Assembly: GCA_965153355.1 (NCBI GenBank)
Contig: OZ231126.1
Span: 37,572,001 to 37,636,000 of the forward strand
Direction of reading: 5' to 3'
Length of the DNA: 64,000 bases
From: Flaccisagitta enflata
Taxonomy: Eukaryota
Shown: piece after piece, positions 42,253-59,926 of the stretch
How positions within the stretch are numbered: position 1 is the stretch's first letter
Layout of the letters: each line of letters begins with the position of its first letter
Notes under the pieces: model-generated
What the model was told of the DNA's origin: nothing
Seen by the model: only the letters and a program-made list of their open reading frames with translations
Databases searched by the model: none
Program-made: the position numbers and the translations under genes

Positions 42253-43721
42253 AAAATGAAGAATAGAGCCATATTTCAAAAAAGTTACGTGACGGACAGA
42301 CAGACCGACCGACACAGCGGCTTCTAGAGTCGCGTTCACGCGACTAAAAATTGCAGTGACTGAAGACAAAAGCTTGGTGGGGATTGGTCAATGCTTACGG
42401 CTCCACTTGATGCTATGTGAAAGTTAGACAAATTATCAATGTATGAATCATGAATGTTCTCCATAATCAAAACGGGATTACAATACTGTCGCAGACTTGT
42501 GGACAGGGTACATCCTTCGCCTTAACACTCCCCTTGCGCACGCACACACACACACACACACGCACGCACGCACGCACGATTAGGAAAAATGATTATCAAA
42601 AACAACAAACTGTTTTAAGTCAGTTCCATGCGCAACTTCCATGGTGTGCTCTCCATAAGAAAGGATTCGTCTTGATACCGCGCTAGCGTTTGTCAGAATA
42701 ATTTTAGAGAAAATCTGAAATCAGATTTGGAATCAACACGATCAAAACTGTCAGACCTGGAGAGATCAGCCGCGTTCAGGCCTTTCTAAAAGCTTGAAAG
42801 CATTTTTCATCGCACTTGACTTAACTCCCCTGAAACTGAGTTGTTTTTTATCGCTAAAAGTTGACATTCTAACTCCCAGGACACTTTCTATGTCATACTG
42901 GATGAGCAAAATCATCAGATAATCATTTTTTATGATATTCTTACGATAAATTTGGGTGTTGAAAAAATCAGTCAACTTTTTTCCCCACACGTTTATACCT
43001 CTAACTCTCCTGCAAACGTTCCTACTCTATGGTTTTATGCTGACTACAAAATGTTCCACTTCCAAGCCAGGAGAAAATGACAAAACAATAAAAAGTGTCT
43101 TTCTGTAATAAAAGTATTGCGATCACAGTAGACGTTGCAAAGTGAAAATTTTAGAAGAAATAAACGCGCAGCGTGTTAACATAAGTTTTGGCATAAGATT
43201 TAGAAGACGTTTTACCACTTAAGACTATGATTTTCGAATTCCTCGTGAAAAATTATGTGGGGGTATTTACTTTAAGGGCTTGAAAAAATTGACCAAGAAA
43301 GTTGGGTTACTGCTAAAGCCGGGTCTGTATACGAGGTGTTTTTTAACATCATAATACTATAAAAGTCTGAATGATTTTGAGACTTAAGTAAATGCCCTTC
43401 AGGGGTGGGGCACCGTTCAATGCGTTTTATCAAGGTATACTAAGGTGGAAAAGTGTGACATGTGAAGAAGTATTAAAGTAAGTGTTTATATGAAAAAACT
43501 TGGAAGCATCCCTACAAGGAGACTAAAGGTGAGACAAACATTCACTGTGTCCAACAACAATCAATCACTTTTCGTGTTTGTTACTGCATCATCATTGCAA
43601 AGTTCTATGAAGGATAAAAACGTGCAATACAATTTTGGATCTTATTCGTTCTATTAAAGTTGGATGAACAATTCTCACACCAACGAATTAAAGTACTATT
43701 TTGGATCTTCTTCTTTCTAGA

Positions 43722-48921
<5,200 letters not shown>

Positions 48922-50680
48922 CATTCTTTACGTCTCATGATCTACGTCTGAAAACTTTGAAATGTGCACTTAACGTTAAAGTAGTCTGACAAGGGTGTCT
49001 TAAAATAAAAATGATGACAATTGACATTCATGACACTGAACATTGCAGAATTTCTATTGAAATGTCGGAAGAGATCTGAATCGGGTGGACATAGACACTT
49101 GGAACAAGTGCTAAGGAAGTACATAAACTGAAAATGATGTATTTCACGAACACTGTTTACTGTCCGAAATATCGAACAAGATCATATTGTAAACATAAAC
49201 TAACGCTGCTTTCATCTAGACATTGATGCAGAACTGAAGATGACGAGAAAATGACGATTACTAAAGTAACTTAAACTAACAAACATATAGACTTCTATAT
49301 GAAACTATTTGACTCATTCCCATTACATCAGTTTTCTTTGGTAAACGAATTTTATGGAGAAAATATGAGTTGCATGCAAATGAAACGAGTCCAATGATTT
49401 TATTAGTTGTATCCGGTTTTGTTTGTCCCGCGCTGTAGACTATATGAACGGCAAAGTTAACAAAGAAATCTCACCAATCCAAAGTACGCAGAATTCAAAT
49501 TAAACGCAAGTCATTGCCTCACCTTTTTGCCGCATTCAAAATGCTCATCAGCTTCATTGTGCTTGAGATTCCACTGGAAGGAACGTGAGTCGGGCTCAGA
49601 CTTGTACCATATTTGGTCATGAACGAAGGATCTGTAAGATGTCAAAGCAATTATACAAATGGGATATGACAGGATGAACCGAGTTTAAACACTTTTGTTT
49701 CAGTTCATTTTCAGCTCACTTTTTGGCATCAAATCGCCAAATATTGACTCAAAACTGTTTTGGCATATCTATTACATGCCCTACTAATTACTCATTTATG
49801 AACCATCCACTAGTATAGGGTTTTAAACAGCGAGTATGTTATGAAAAGAACAAAATTTCTGTCCAAAAACCCGAAATCAGCGGACACTCATTTTTAAGCG
49901 GTAACTTCAAGCTATTATGCCCACTACAGTTTGATTCCGATGGTCAATTTCTTTTTACATGTCTGCTTAAACCCAAGTGGCACTATTACAGACAATTTTT
50001 GCGATGGTTTTATATAATTTTTACAGTCCTAATCAGTTATGGTATAAAAATTGCCAGCTGACAACAAAAAGTTCTAAAAAATGACTCTGCAATTTCTGTT
50101 TTTTGTTTCGGGCACTTCCTCTTGGAGTTAAGGTATGAAATTTTTATCGTAACTAAAAAAAAGGCGTTTCTACACTTGTATAAAATTTCAGAGCAATCTG
50201 GTCATTTTAAGTATGGATTTTATCATTTTTTGTAATTTTTCCCATCCTATTTGGCTTTTTCGAAAAAAACATTTTTCAGTCGGTAAATAACAAATCTCCA
50301 ACACGAATGAAGATTTTGCATTTCCAAAGACATCAGACTCGAGCAAATGTATTTTGGATGCATCTGATGTTTTTGGATTTTTTGATTTTTCATTTCCTAT
50401 GCAAATTTGTTATTTACCGTGTACTTATGTCACACCCATTTTTTTCCCATCCAAAAATGATGACCATTTAGTATGAATGTCCTGTAGAAATCGAGCTTTG
50501 CTGAATATAATGATGTGACTGTAAAAAATTTAACCATGCAACATAGCCAGATAACACTCTGAAGAGCTTGGTTGATTGCTTGATTGATTGTATGCTTGCT
50601 TGCTTGCTCGATATCAAACAAACTTGTTTGATTTATCAACACAAAGATGAGGATAAGAATTGACAAAAAAGGAGAGAGGT

Positions 50681-50756
<76 letters not shown>

Positions 50757-52093
50757 ACAGAGAACAAAGAAAGACAGAAAAAGAAAATGAAGAAAAAAAA
50801 GGGATGAGAAAGAAACAAAAAGCAAAGAATGATAAGGGCAGAGATAAGAAACAAGTGACGCGGGGTCACAATATTGTTTCGGACAAAGGGCAGGGGCAGC
50901 TAACCCCTATCCACATCAAACGCCCCACCCAACTCCCCTCCCTTTACAGACACACACACCAAAAAACTTCTAAAACACTTGTTTTCCCACTTTTCCACTC
51001 ATGCTCATTGACTGACGAACGGACCAATGGACGGACAAAGCCTCTTAAAGAGCTAAGACAGAAAGAAAGAAAGAAAGAAAGAAAGAACAGAGAAAAGAAG
51101 AGGTTTTGTCCATGCATTGGTCTGTTGGTCCGTTGGTCCGTTGGTCCATTGGTCCGTTGGTCACGCTCGAGTTGAAAACGCGAAAAACGCGTATTTATGA
51201 TGCTGCAGTTGGTATTGTTTGTGTGTAAGTGTTGGAGGGGGGTTGGGGGTGTGGTTGGGGTGAGGCAACGACATTGTGACCCCGCATCACTTGTTTTGGT
51301 TTCATTTGGTTATGTGTGTTGGTGTCTTTCGTCAATGGGTCGGCCAGTCAGTTACTTTTGAAAAATGGTTGTCTTATAACATATTTGCCAAATGCTAGTG
51401 GAGATAGGTTTTTAAATGCCCTTGCCCCCCCCCCCTCCCCCTCGTGACTAGCCCTAATCTAGCCGCTGTTTATGTAAATCTTCCAAACTGCAGGGAAAGA
51501 GAATGTTGGATTACAAGTGCCATTAAGTAAAATGCTGGTCAGGAAAAACTTTGTCAGGTAGATTTATGACAAGTTGAAAGAAGTGAAAGAAAATTGGGGA
51601 CCAATTTTCACCAAATTTTTAGAGTAGTTGTAGAATGCATTTACACATATATCCTTAATTGTCTAACATACATTGATGTATTTTCCAGCTGTCAAAAAAT
51701 ATTTGAACTTGAAAAGCTAATCTATTGCTGAAAATAAGAGTTTTTCACTGTTTTCTGTTATCTTTTTGCTATAGAATCTTCATAATTTTTTAAATTAGTC
51801 ATAAATTAGTTATTATTTGTATTTTTATTTATCAATTTATTATGTCTACCATTATTCAATATTTGTCCTGCTTTGATAGGCTATTAAAATATTCTAAACT
51901 AAAAAAATATTCAAAAAATAACATTTTTTGGCAAAAAAATGGGAAAAAATCTTAAAATTTCATCAGTTTTTATATTCTTCATATTGAATAGCATACTGCT
52001 GAATAAATATAACAAGGTTTTAAAAAACTTAGTCATCATTTTTTTAGTAAGATAGGTTAAGATGTGTAGATAAGAAAAATAGGTCTATCAAAG

Positions 52094-53015
52094 TGTTAGA
52101 AATGTATGTTCGTCCGTCTGTTAAGTGTGTGTGCTTTTGTTTCTTTGCGTGCTTTTGGCTTTTCCTCTTTTCTTATTATTCAATGCCAGTGTCTTTTGTT
52201 TCTCGCCATTTTTCATAATGAAGGCTAGATGGGTAACCATATGGTTGCGCCTTGTATTTTATGCCATTTGTTTTTATTACGTAAACAAACATACGTAACT
52301 CGTCTTCGTATCATCCAATTTTGGATTGATTGTTTTTATTTATGTACGGCATTGCTTCCTAGAGTGATTGATTGATTTTTCGTGATTGATTGAATGCGCC
52401 CTTGGAATTCACTAATTTCAATAATCTCTCATCTTTTTATTGCAGATGAACTTATGAACGGACAATTAACGTTAGTTGACATCGACAGACTGTGGGTTGA
52501 AACCAACGAAAGTGGGCCTAAAAGTAAGTTTTATGGACGCGTCTTTGCTTTTATTAACGTTGTTTTTATCTTGTCCTCCGGTCTGTTATTCTTGTCTTTT
52601 GCATTGTTGCATTTTTATCGCCGGATTTTAGTATGGTTTTTATCGCTTGCCCGATCAGCTTACTATGGGGATGATATGGATGAATTTAATGGGATGGGCC
52701 GGGGCAGGGGCAGGTATTATCAGGTGGCATGGGCTCTGAAGAAGATGAACATGTTGTCATGTGCTGTTTCTGTCCTTTATTGTGTCCTGTCTCGATTTCA
52801 TGTTATCTTTTGCGTTTGCTGATCACTATTAACGCCCACTTTCCCTTTCATTTTTCCCCCTCTCTTCAGTTGTTGAAATTTTTTATGGAATAAACGAGAC
52901 GATCACCTTCCTATTTTCCAATTCGGCCACCTTTCTTTCACCACAAGTCGTCAGTCAGCTAGTTGCCCATGGACAGTGCCAGCTGAAACTCGTGGGCGTA
53001 GTTTATATTTCAACA
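52094..53015 (+). repeat. 5' LTR (922 bp, TGTT...AACA)
   Basis: Matches 57592-58505; terminal TGTT/AACA inverted ends; AATAAA near 52888. Confidence 0.92.
52394..52822 (+). other. 142-codon hydrophobic ORF inside the LTR (identical copy at 57892-58320); coding status unproven
   Basis: ORF track gives identical translations; TM-like stretch VFAFINVVFILSSGLLFLSFALL and a hydrophobic C-terminus. Confidence 0.3.
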
Positions 53016-53076
53016 ATTTTTAAATCGACTCATCCCTTACGACTTTTCCCGACCCCCCGGCGGCGATTTCGTCGAC

Positions 53077-55797
53077 ATGGCGGCGACTAATGGCGACGAT
53101 AATCAGTCGAACGCATCAACGTCCTCTCGTGCGTCCTTCTTCGGATTGAATCAATGTCCGAGGACAGATACATTGTGTGGTATGAGGGACGAATTAAAAC
53201 GTGAAATGGGGCGATGTCAACAACTGTTTAACGCCGTTGCAATGACTGTAGTGGACACCAACGAGTGGGAAGATGCGACGGTGGAATCCGACGCAGCTAG
53301 ACACTGCTTTCGTGATATGGTGAATGACTACATCATTTTTGCTCGCCAAATGGCAACGGACAAACTGCCAGGCGACCCTCTTCGTTTCGCGGCGTCGAGT
53401 CTGCGGCGCCTCCGGCGCCAATGGTACGCAATGCGTTTCTTCGACCTCGAGAATTATCAAGAGGGTTTTCCATCTCTCTCTGACATCGTCCACGCGCACG
53501 GAAGACATAGTGGGAATAACCAACATCCTCATTTTTGTACCCCAACAAGACAAAATTGTGTCAATCAAAAATGCGTCCTTTCTCCTCAATTGCCAAATGG
53601 TCAATCGCCTCCAAATTCGCCCATTATATTAAGAGACTCTATCGATCAGTGGATGTCACAGATTCATTCGGATTATAGCTCGCGCATAAACATCCATGAT
53701 GATACATTGGACAATCTCGTCGACGCCGAGACACTCGCCAAAACCGTCAAAAGCAGCGTCATGAATGGTGCGGCGACGAGAGAGGAGGCAGAGAAAGGCG
53801 GTGGAGGAAGAGAGGAAGAAGAGGGTATGCAGGAGGAAGAGATGGCAATGAATCTGCAGCGACAGCAACGTGAGGAGTGGCGTCTGGAGCAGGAGCAGCA
53901 GCAGCAACGGTGGCAGCCGGAGCAGTGCCAAGAGCAACGCCGAGAGCAACAATCACAGCATATGCAGCCGGTGCGAAGACAGCCACAACTCCAACACGGG
54001 CAGTCGCAGCAGTCGGAGCTGTTGCAACAGCAACAGCAGCAGGAGCAACTACAGCGACAACAGCAAGCTGCAGCGTATAAAAAACAGCAGCGAGAGCAAA
54101 TATCTCAACAGCAACAGGCTGCCGAGCAACAAAGGCTACGGCAGGAGCAACTACATCAACAGCAGGAGCAGCTGCTTCAACAACGTCAATTGCAAGAGCA
54201 GTCACGTCAACAACAGCGGATTCAATTGCAACAGCAAGAGGCTGAAGAGCAACAGCAACAGCAAGAACAAGAAAGGACACGCATTCAACATCAGCAGCGG
54301 CTCCTTCAGCAACATCTGCAGCAACAAAATTCCGTGATTGCTCCTGTGATAACTGCTCATCCTCTTACAGCGAATTACGAACCCCTCAATAGTGGATACA
54401 TCAATATGGATGTTGGGCAACAGCCACAGCCTAAAGACAGCGATGCAGAGTCTGATGCATCAATGATAACAGCAAATGACGAAGCAGAGAAGACAGCTGG
54501 AAGAGAAGACGACCAAGGGGTAGCGGACGAGGCGAATGAGCGGCGGACGCATCCACAGCTCGCGCCATCTGCAGCCCTAGGGACGGCGCACCCTGAAGCT
54601 GATCGTCAACTGCATCGTCTACAACAAAATGCTGCCCAATTGATGGAAGAGAATGCGGCGCAGCAGTTGCAGATTCGACAGAAAGACTCGGAATTGCGAG
54701 CAGTTTATATGGAAATCCAAGATTTGAGAAGACGCCAACAGACGAATCATCTAGCTCGCCAAACTGCTCGTCAACCGGAAGTGGTGAATCTGCAGCCTCA
54801 GAGCGACGCCATCGAAGCCTTTTTAAAAAGAGCGTCTTACGATAACCTCATGCGAGCGAGGGAGGTTGGTCTGAGAACAATGGAGAGAGATAGACCAAAT
54901 AAGCCTCTGCAAAATCTTTCATCTACTGATTATATGATGTGGAAACGAAAGTTCAAAGACTCTGCAAAACACGATGGACTGACGCGGATGGACATTCTCT
55001 CAGAATTACCTAAATGGTTTTCTGGTCCAGCCAAAGAAATCGTTGAAACGGCGATGATTGGAGTAACGGAAGAGAGCGCCGAGGAGGAGTTGAATGTTGC
55101 CTTCAAGAAGATGGACCTACTCTTTGTGGCAAATCGCAGCAACATCCCGGATCTCTTCAACAAAATCGTCGCAAAGCCGAGGATTCAATCTGCTGACCAT
55201 GACGGACATTTCCATCTCGCATCAGTGCTGTTAAAGGCAAAGAAGATCGCGCATACATGTGGAGAATTGTACCATTGCTACAGAAATGAACTCTTGCAGC
55301 AAATTATCAATAATAGAGTTCCTCACCTGGCGGACAAGTTCTGGGAAAAATACCATGAATCGTTCGTCAAGGGCATCTCCTTCTCCTTTGACCATCTCGT
55401 CGATATGATTGAGACATGGGCAATTATCCAACGCAGCAAAGGAGTGGAAAGAGAATCTGCAGCAGTGGTAGTAGCGGCAGCGTGCGGCAACAAAACTCGA
55501 GCATTGTTGACGGAATGCTGCAACGTCTGCAATGACAATCACGCGACGGAGGAGTGCCATCAGCTCCTCGTACTTGATGTCGACGATAGAGTCCAAAAAT
55601 TGGCATCCCGTCGACTCTGTTTTCACTGTCTCAACGTCGGGCACTCGGCAAAAGGATGTGCCAATCGACCAACATGCCAAATTTGCAACAAACAACACGC
55701 TACTATTCTCCATGGACGGACTTACCCCAAGAAGAGCGATGATGAGGAGGTGAAAGAAGGGGGTGACGATGTCACCAACGGTGATAAAGATTTGTGA
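53077..55797 (+). CDS. gag: BEL/Pao-like Gag (906 aa) with Gln-rich region and three C-terminal zinc knuckles
   Basis: Uninterrupted ORF starting 61 bp after the 5' LTR; CNVCNDNHATEEC, CFHCLNVGHSAKGC and CQICNKQHATILH match the triple Cys-His arrangement of BEL/Pao Gag; capsid-like segment DYMMWKRKFKD...LSELPKWFSGPAKEIV. Confidence 0.88.
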   Translation: MAATNGDDNQSNASTSSRASFFGLNQCPRTDTLCGMRDELKREMGRCQQLFNAVAMTVVDTNEWEDATVESDAARHCFRDMVNDYIIFARQMATDKLPGDPLRFAASSLRRLRRQWYAMRFFDLENYQEGFPSLSDIVHAHGRHSGNNQHPHFCTPTRQNCVNQKCVLSPQLPNGQSPPNSPIILRDSIDQWMSQIHSDYSSRINIHDDTLDNLVDAETLAKTVKSSVMNGAATREEAEKGGGGREEEEGMQEEEMAMNLQRQQREEWRLEQEQQQQRWQPEQCQEQRREQQSQHMQPVRRQPQLQHGQSQQSELLQQQQQQEQLQRQQQAAAYKKQQREQISQQQQAAEQQRLRQEQLHQQQEQLLQQRQLQEQSRQQQRIQLQQQEAEEQQQQQEQERTRIQHQQRLLQQHLQQQNSVIAPVITAHPLTANYEPLNSGYINMDVGQQPQPKDSDAESDASMITANDEAEKTAGREDDQGVADEANERRTHPQLAPSAALGTAHPEADRQLHRLQQNAAQLMEENAAQQLQIRQKDSELRAVYMEIQDLRRRQQTNHLARQTARQPEVVNLQPQSDAIEAFLKRASYDNLMRAREVGLRTMERDRPNKPLQNLSSTDYMMWKRKFKDSAKHDGLTRMDILSELPKWFSGPAKEIVETAMIGVTEESAEEELNVAFKKMDLLFVANRSNIPDLFNKIVAKPRIQSADHDGHFHLASVLLKAKKIAHTCGELYHCYRNELLQQIINNRVPHLADKFWEKYHESFVKGISFSFDHLVDMIETWAIIQRSKGVERESAAVVVAAACGNKTRALLTECCNVCNDNHATEECHQLLVLDVDDRVQKLASRRLCFHCLNVGHSAKGCANRPTCQICNKQHATILHGRTYPKKSDDEEVKEGGDDVTNGDKDL

Positions 55798-57591
55798 CGG
55801 CAAGTGCAAATCCCATCAACTCCTTCTTTATGTCGTCCTTCTAATCATTCTCATGACTCTATCGTCAATCATTTTGGGAAAAAGTCGTCCTTACGTGTGT
55901 CCGCATCTTCGCTGTTTTTTCCTAAACCTTCGAGCGCTTAAAACGTATAAAAAGTAAAATCTCATTGCCAATTTCTATACGACCATCGATCTCCATTTGC
56001 GCCCCACTTGGATCTGGTGAATCTTGCCTCAACTTGGAGGCGAGTGTACGAAAGAGCCATGGAGCGGAGCATCTTCGAGTTGATGGAGAGTGAAAAAGGC
56101 GTCGATTGGGATCTTTGCTAATAAAAGCGGCTCTCGCCGTAAGAAAGAGTCGACTTCGTCTCTTCGACTTTTTTCCAAATGAACGTTTCCTTCTACCAAA
56201 TAGTGTATGGACAGATCGAGAAAGACTTTGCGTTTGATATATACGTCGGCGCCTTTTGCTACGCTGCACCGTCGTGATAGAAGCCTAGGGGGCGTCAGCG
56301 GCGTCAATGAGCGTGAATTCATGTCCGGAGGATTCATGTCCGACGCCTAAAAAAGGGAAGAATTCGTCATGGGACTGCTCGGAGATCGTGTGGATGGATT
56401 TGGACACGCAAAAATGGCTAAGTTTTGAGAGAGAGAAAGATGGGGGCGCATGGGTTTTTCATTTAGTAGCCTTGGATATGGATGAATTTTGCTCTGACTT
56501 GTTTTGACCGATAAAGAGCGCGCGATTTCATGTCTGGTTCTATTTGTCCATGCTATCTTCTCTTTCCTTGATACGACATTTGCGCGGTTCAATATCCTAA
56601 CAAACATTGATTCATTTCATATTAACATATGATTATACACGCTCCAATCGATTTCCTGTCCATTCAGTTCATTCGTGTCTACCAAAAGCTTCCAACGCAA
56701 TCGAGTCTTACGTCATTATGCATCTCGAGTGGCTCGTCAACTGCAGTGGCGTCTCCATCGAAGCCTCAAGCCCGGGTGACCAGTTAAGCCTCAAGTTGCC
56801 ATCCGACCTATCGCGGGCATGAAGGCTGGAACCGCAACCCAAGGCCGTGGCGTCGTGGTTCCGCTGCTTGATTTGCCCACATCACCAAACCCGTCGTCAT
56901 CCTCTCCTCGCATCTTGCTTCCGTTGACGAGCTGTTGGAGGATCGGGTTGCGCTTCTCCGTAATGGAGACAGTGCAGGTGATGTGTTCGTTCCTTGTTTG
57001 AGTATTTTAAGATACACTCGTTTTTAATTCTAGAATAGTAAATTATTAATTTATCTTTGTTAACGGTGCGGGTTTGAATTTACGAATGTTTTCGTATATT
57101 TTGTGTTTTTGTGTTGTGTTTATCGTGTTTTGTGGTTTGTTTTTACCGTTTTGTTTGATATTTTGAATTGTTATTACGAATATTTCGTATGAGTTGTATT
57201 TTAGTAGTATATGCCCCTTCTTATTATTTCCCACTCTCAAGTCAAATCCCAGGCTTGGAGTGCTCCAAGGCCCGTTTCCCCTTCCCCCCCCCTCCCCTTA
57301 ACTTTTACAGAACGGGTGCCTCAACCTCCTTGTCGCCGCCTCGTCTCCATCCGTTTCGTCGTTGATCGTTGAAAAATTGCTGGTGGTGGATCCTTTCCGG
57401 ACGGGAGTCATCATTCGTGCAGTCGTCGATCTGTTGATAGTTAGGGTGGGGATGTAAGAGGCGGTGGACGGGGGAGGGGCGGCCCAATTTTTTTTTAAGG
57501 AAGGTAGTATCGGTTTTTTAATAGGGTTTCCCCGACCGGAAACTAGATGTCGGATTTTTGAAATTCGTGAAATTCCAAAAATGGGGCAGAA

Positions 57592-58505
57592 TGTTAGAAA
57601 TGTATGTTCGTCCGTCTGTTAAGTGTGTGTGCTTTTGTTTCTTTGCGTGCTTTTGGCTTTTCCTCTTTTCTTATTATTCAATGCCAGTGTCTTTTGTTTC
57701 TCGCCATTTTTCATAATGAAGGCTAGATGGGTAACCATATGGTTGCGCCTTGTATTTTATGCCATTTGTTTTTATTACGTAAACAAACATACGTAACTCG
57801 TCTTCGTATCATCCAATTTTGGATTGATTGTTTTTATTTATGTACGGCATTGCTTCCTAGAGTGATTGATTGATTTTTCGTGATTGATTGAATGCGCCCT
57901 TGGAATTCACTAATTTCAATAATCTCTCATCTTTTTATTGCAGATGAACTTATGAACGGACAATTAACGTTAGTTGACATCGACAGACTGTGGGTTGAAA
58001 CCAACGAAAGTGGGCCTAAAAGTAAGTTTTATGGACGCGTCTTTGCTTTTATTAACGTTGTTTTTATCTTGTCCTCCGGTCTGTTATTCTTGTCTTTTGC
58101 ATTGTTGCATTTTTATCGCCGGATTTTAGTATGGTTTTTATCGCTTGCCCGATCAGCTTACTATGGGGATGATATGGATGAATTTAATGGGATGGGCCGG
58201 GGCAGGGGCAGGTATTATCAGGTGGCATGGGCTCTGAAGAAGATGAACATGTTGTCATGTGCTGTTTCTGTCCTTTATTGTGTCCTGTCTCGATTTCATG
58301 TTATCTTTTGCGTTTGCTGATCACTATTAACGCCCACTTTCCCTTTCATTTTTCCCCCTCTCTTCAGTTGTTGAAATTTTTTATGGAATAAACGAGACGA
58401 TCACCTTCCTATTTTCCAATTCGGCCACCTTTCTTTCACCACAAGTCGTCAGTCAGCTAGTTGCCCATGGACAGTGCCAGCTGAAACTCGTGGGCGTAGT
58501 TTATA
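57592..58505 (+). repeat. 3' LTR (914 bp, lacks terminal TTTCAACA)
   Basis: Copy of the 5' LTR up to ...GTAGTTTATA, followed directly by the TSD CAAAG. Confidence 0.9.
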
Positions 58506-59812
58506 CAAAGAGAAAAATAGCTGTAACTTTTTAAATTTTTGAGATTTTGCATTAATATTTTTTGCTACAAACATGAAAAAATATATGCTAGCATATGAAT
58601 CCATTGTTTTGTAAAAAAAAAAAAAAATTTTTTTGCCCTTGGTGAAACTGAACTGTCACGATAATTTTCATCATGTCATATTTGATTGATTGTGTTAGAC
58701 TCTTTACATGTACTTAAAAGAATGTTCCGTTTGAATTTGTATCTAAGAAATCTAACCCAGGTATAAGGTCAGTACTCAGTGGTTCGTGATATTGTGATAT
58801 CGTATTCAGCTAAGCACATATTGTTTTTAAACCAACATGCTAATTAGCGGATCAATCGCTGTTATCTGTTAGTGTTTATTTTTGCAGCTTGCATACCGAT
58901 AGAAGAATCAAACATCTGGTGCTGCCATCTGTCGTCGGGTCGCTCTCGTTGCATTCGTAGACGTAACATCATCTAAAAAAACAAACAAACAAAAATTAAC
59001 TCTTTGATTGCCTTTACACTAACCGTTAACAAATCTGAGTTCCGATAAACGATGAGCATGCACTGAAATACCATCATGTGAAAGTGTGAAAAAGAAAATC
59101 CTTTAATGTGCAACATTCGTCGGACATTTACACAAAAATAAAGAGACAAACAATTAAAACTCTGTGTAACTCTGTGATGACAAAACAATTTTGAGGGCAT
59201 GCGTGAAAGTTGGCTCCGTTGCAACGCGTTGTCCCTGTTCCTGTTGCACAGAAAGTGGACAACGCTGCCATCATGTACTTAATTACCTGTTATTGGAAAC
59301 ATTATCAATGTCATTTTTTGGTGATCTCGGCGATGAAAATCTAAGACTGTGACTAAAGCAGAGGAAAATGTGTCAAATATATAAAATTCAAGGCGTGGTA
59401 GACAAATCACAATTCATAGATAGAACAAAATCAAAAAGCAAGGATGCATTAACTCAAGATGTACAATATGTATACAGTTTTGAACGTCATGGTGATGTGT
59501 GGATAGATACATTAAAATAAGTTTGCATCATGGAGAGCTCACAAGAATCAAGATACATGTATGTACAGATTCTCAATTTCGACATTGATAATTATTATAA
59601 GCCATTGGTATGGAATCTACTACGCATGCTTTAATTGATACATGTAAAAGAATTTCAAATTAACATATACACAAATTTAAAAAAGTATAAGACAGTCGCG
59701 TTTGATAATTACCAATGAACGACGTCGCATTACAAATTCCAAATCCCATATCGGTTTCTGAACAAACAAATTATGAAGTCAAAATTTAATAGAATGGCAC
59801 GATCGAAGTATT

Positions 59813-59926
59813 TGACATGGCAAATGACATGAAAAGTGACATGATAAATGACATGACAAATGACATAACAAATGACATGATAGGTGACATGATAAATGAC
59901 ATGACAAATGACATGATAAGTGACAT
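59813..59926. repeat. 12-bp minisatellite (AAATGACATGAC-like)
   Basis: About nine degenerate copies. Confidence 0.8.

Larger units (their letters stand above)
52094..58505 (+). mobile_element. BEL/Pao-type LTR retroelement, Gag-only (non-autonomous), recently inserted
   Basis: Direct repeats 52094-53015 and 57592-58505 (offset 5498) begin TGTTAG and look identical on reading. 5' LTR ends ...TTTCAACA; 5-bp TSD CAAAG at 52089-52093 and 58506-58510; purine tract AAAAATGGGGCAGAA precedes the 3' LTR; internal Gag with three Cys/His boxes. Confidence 0.93.
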
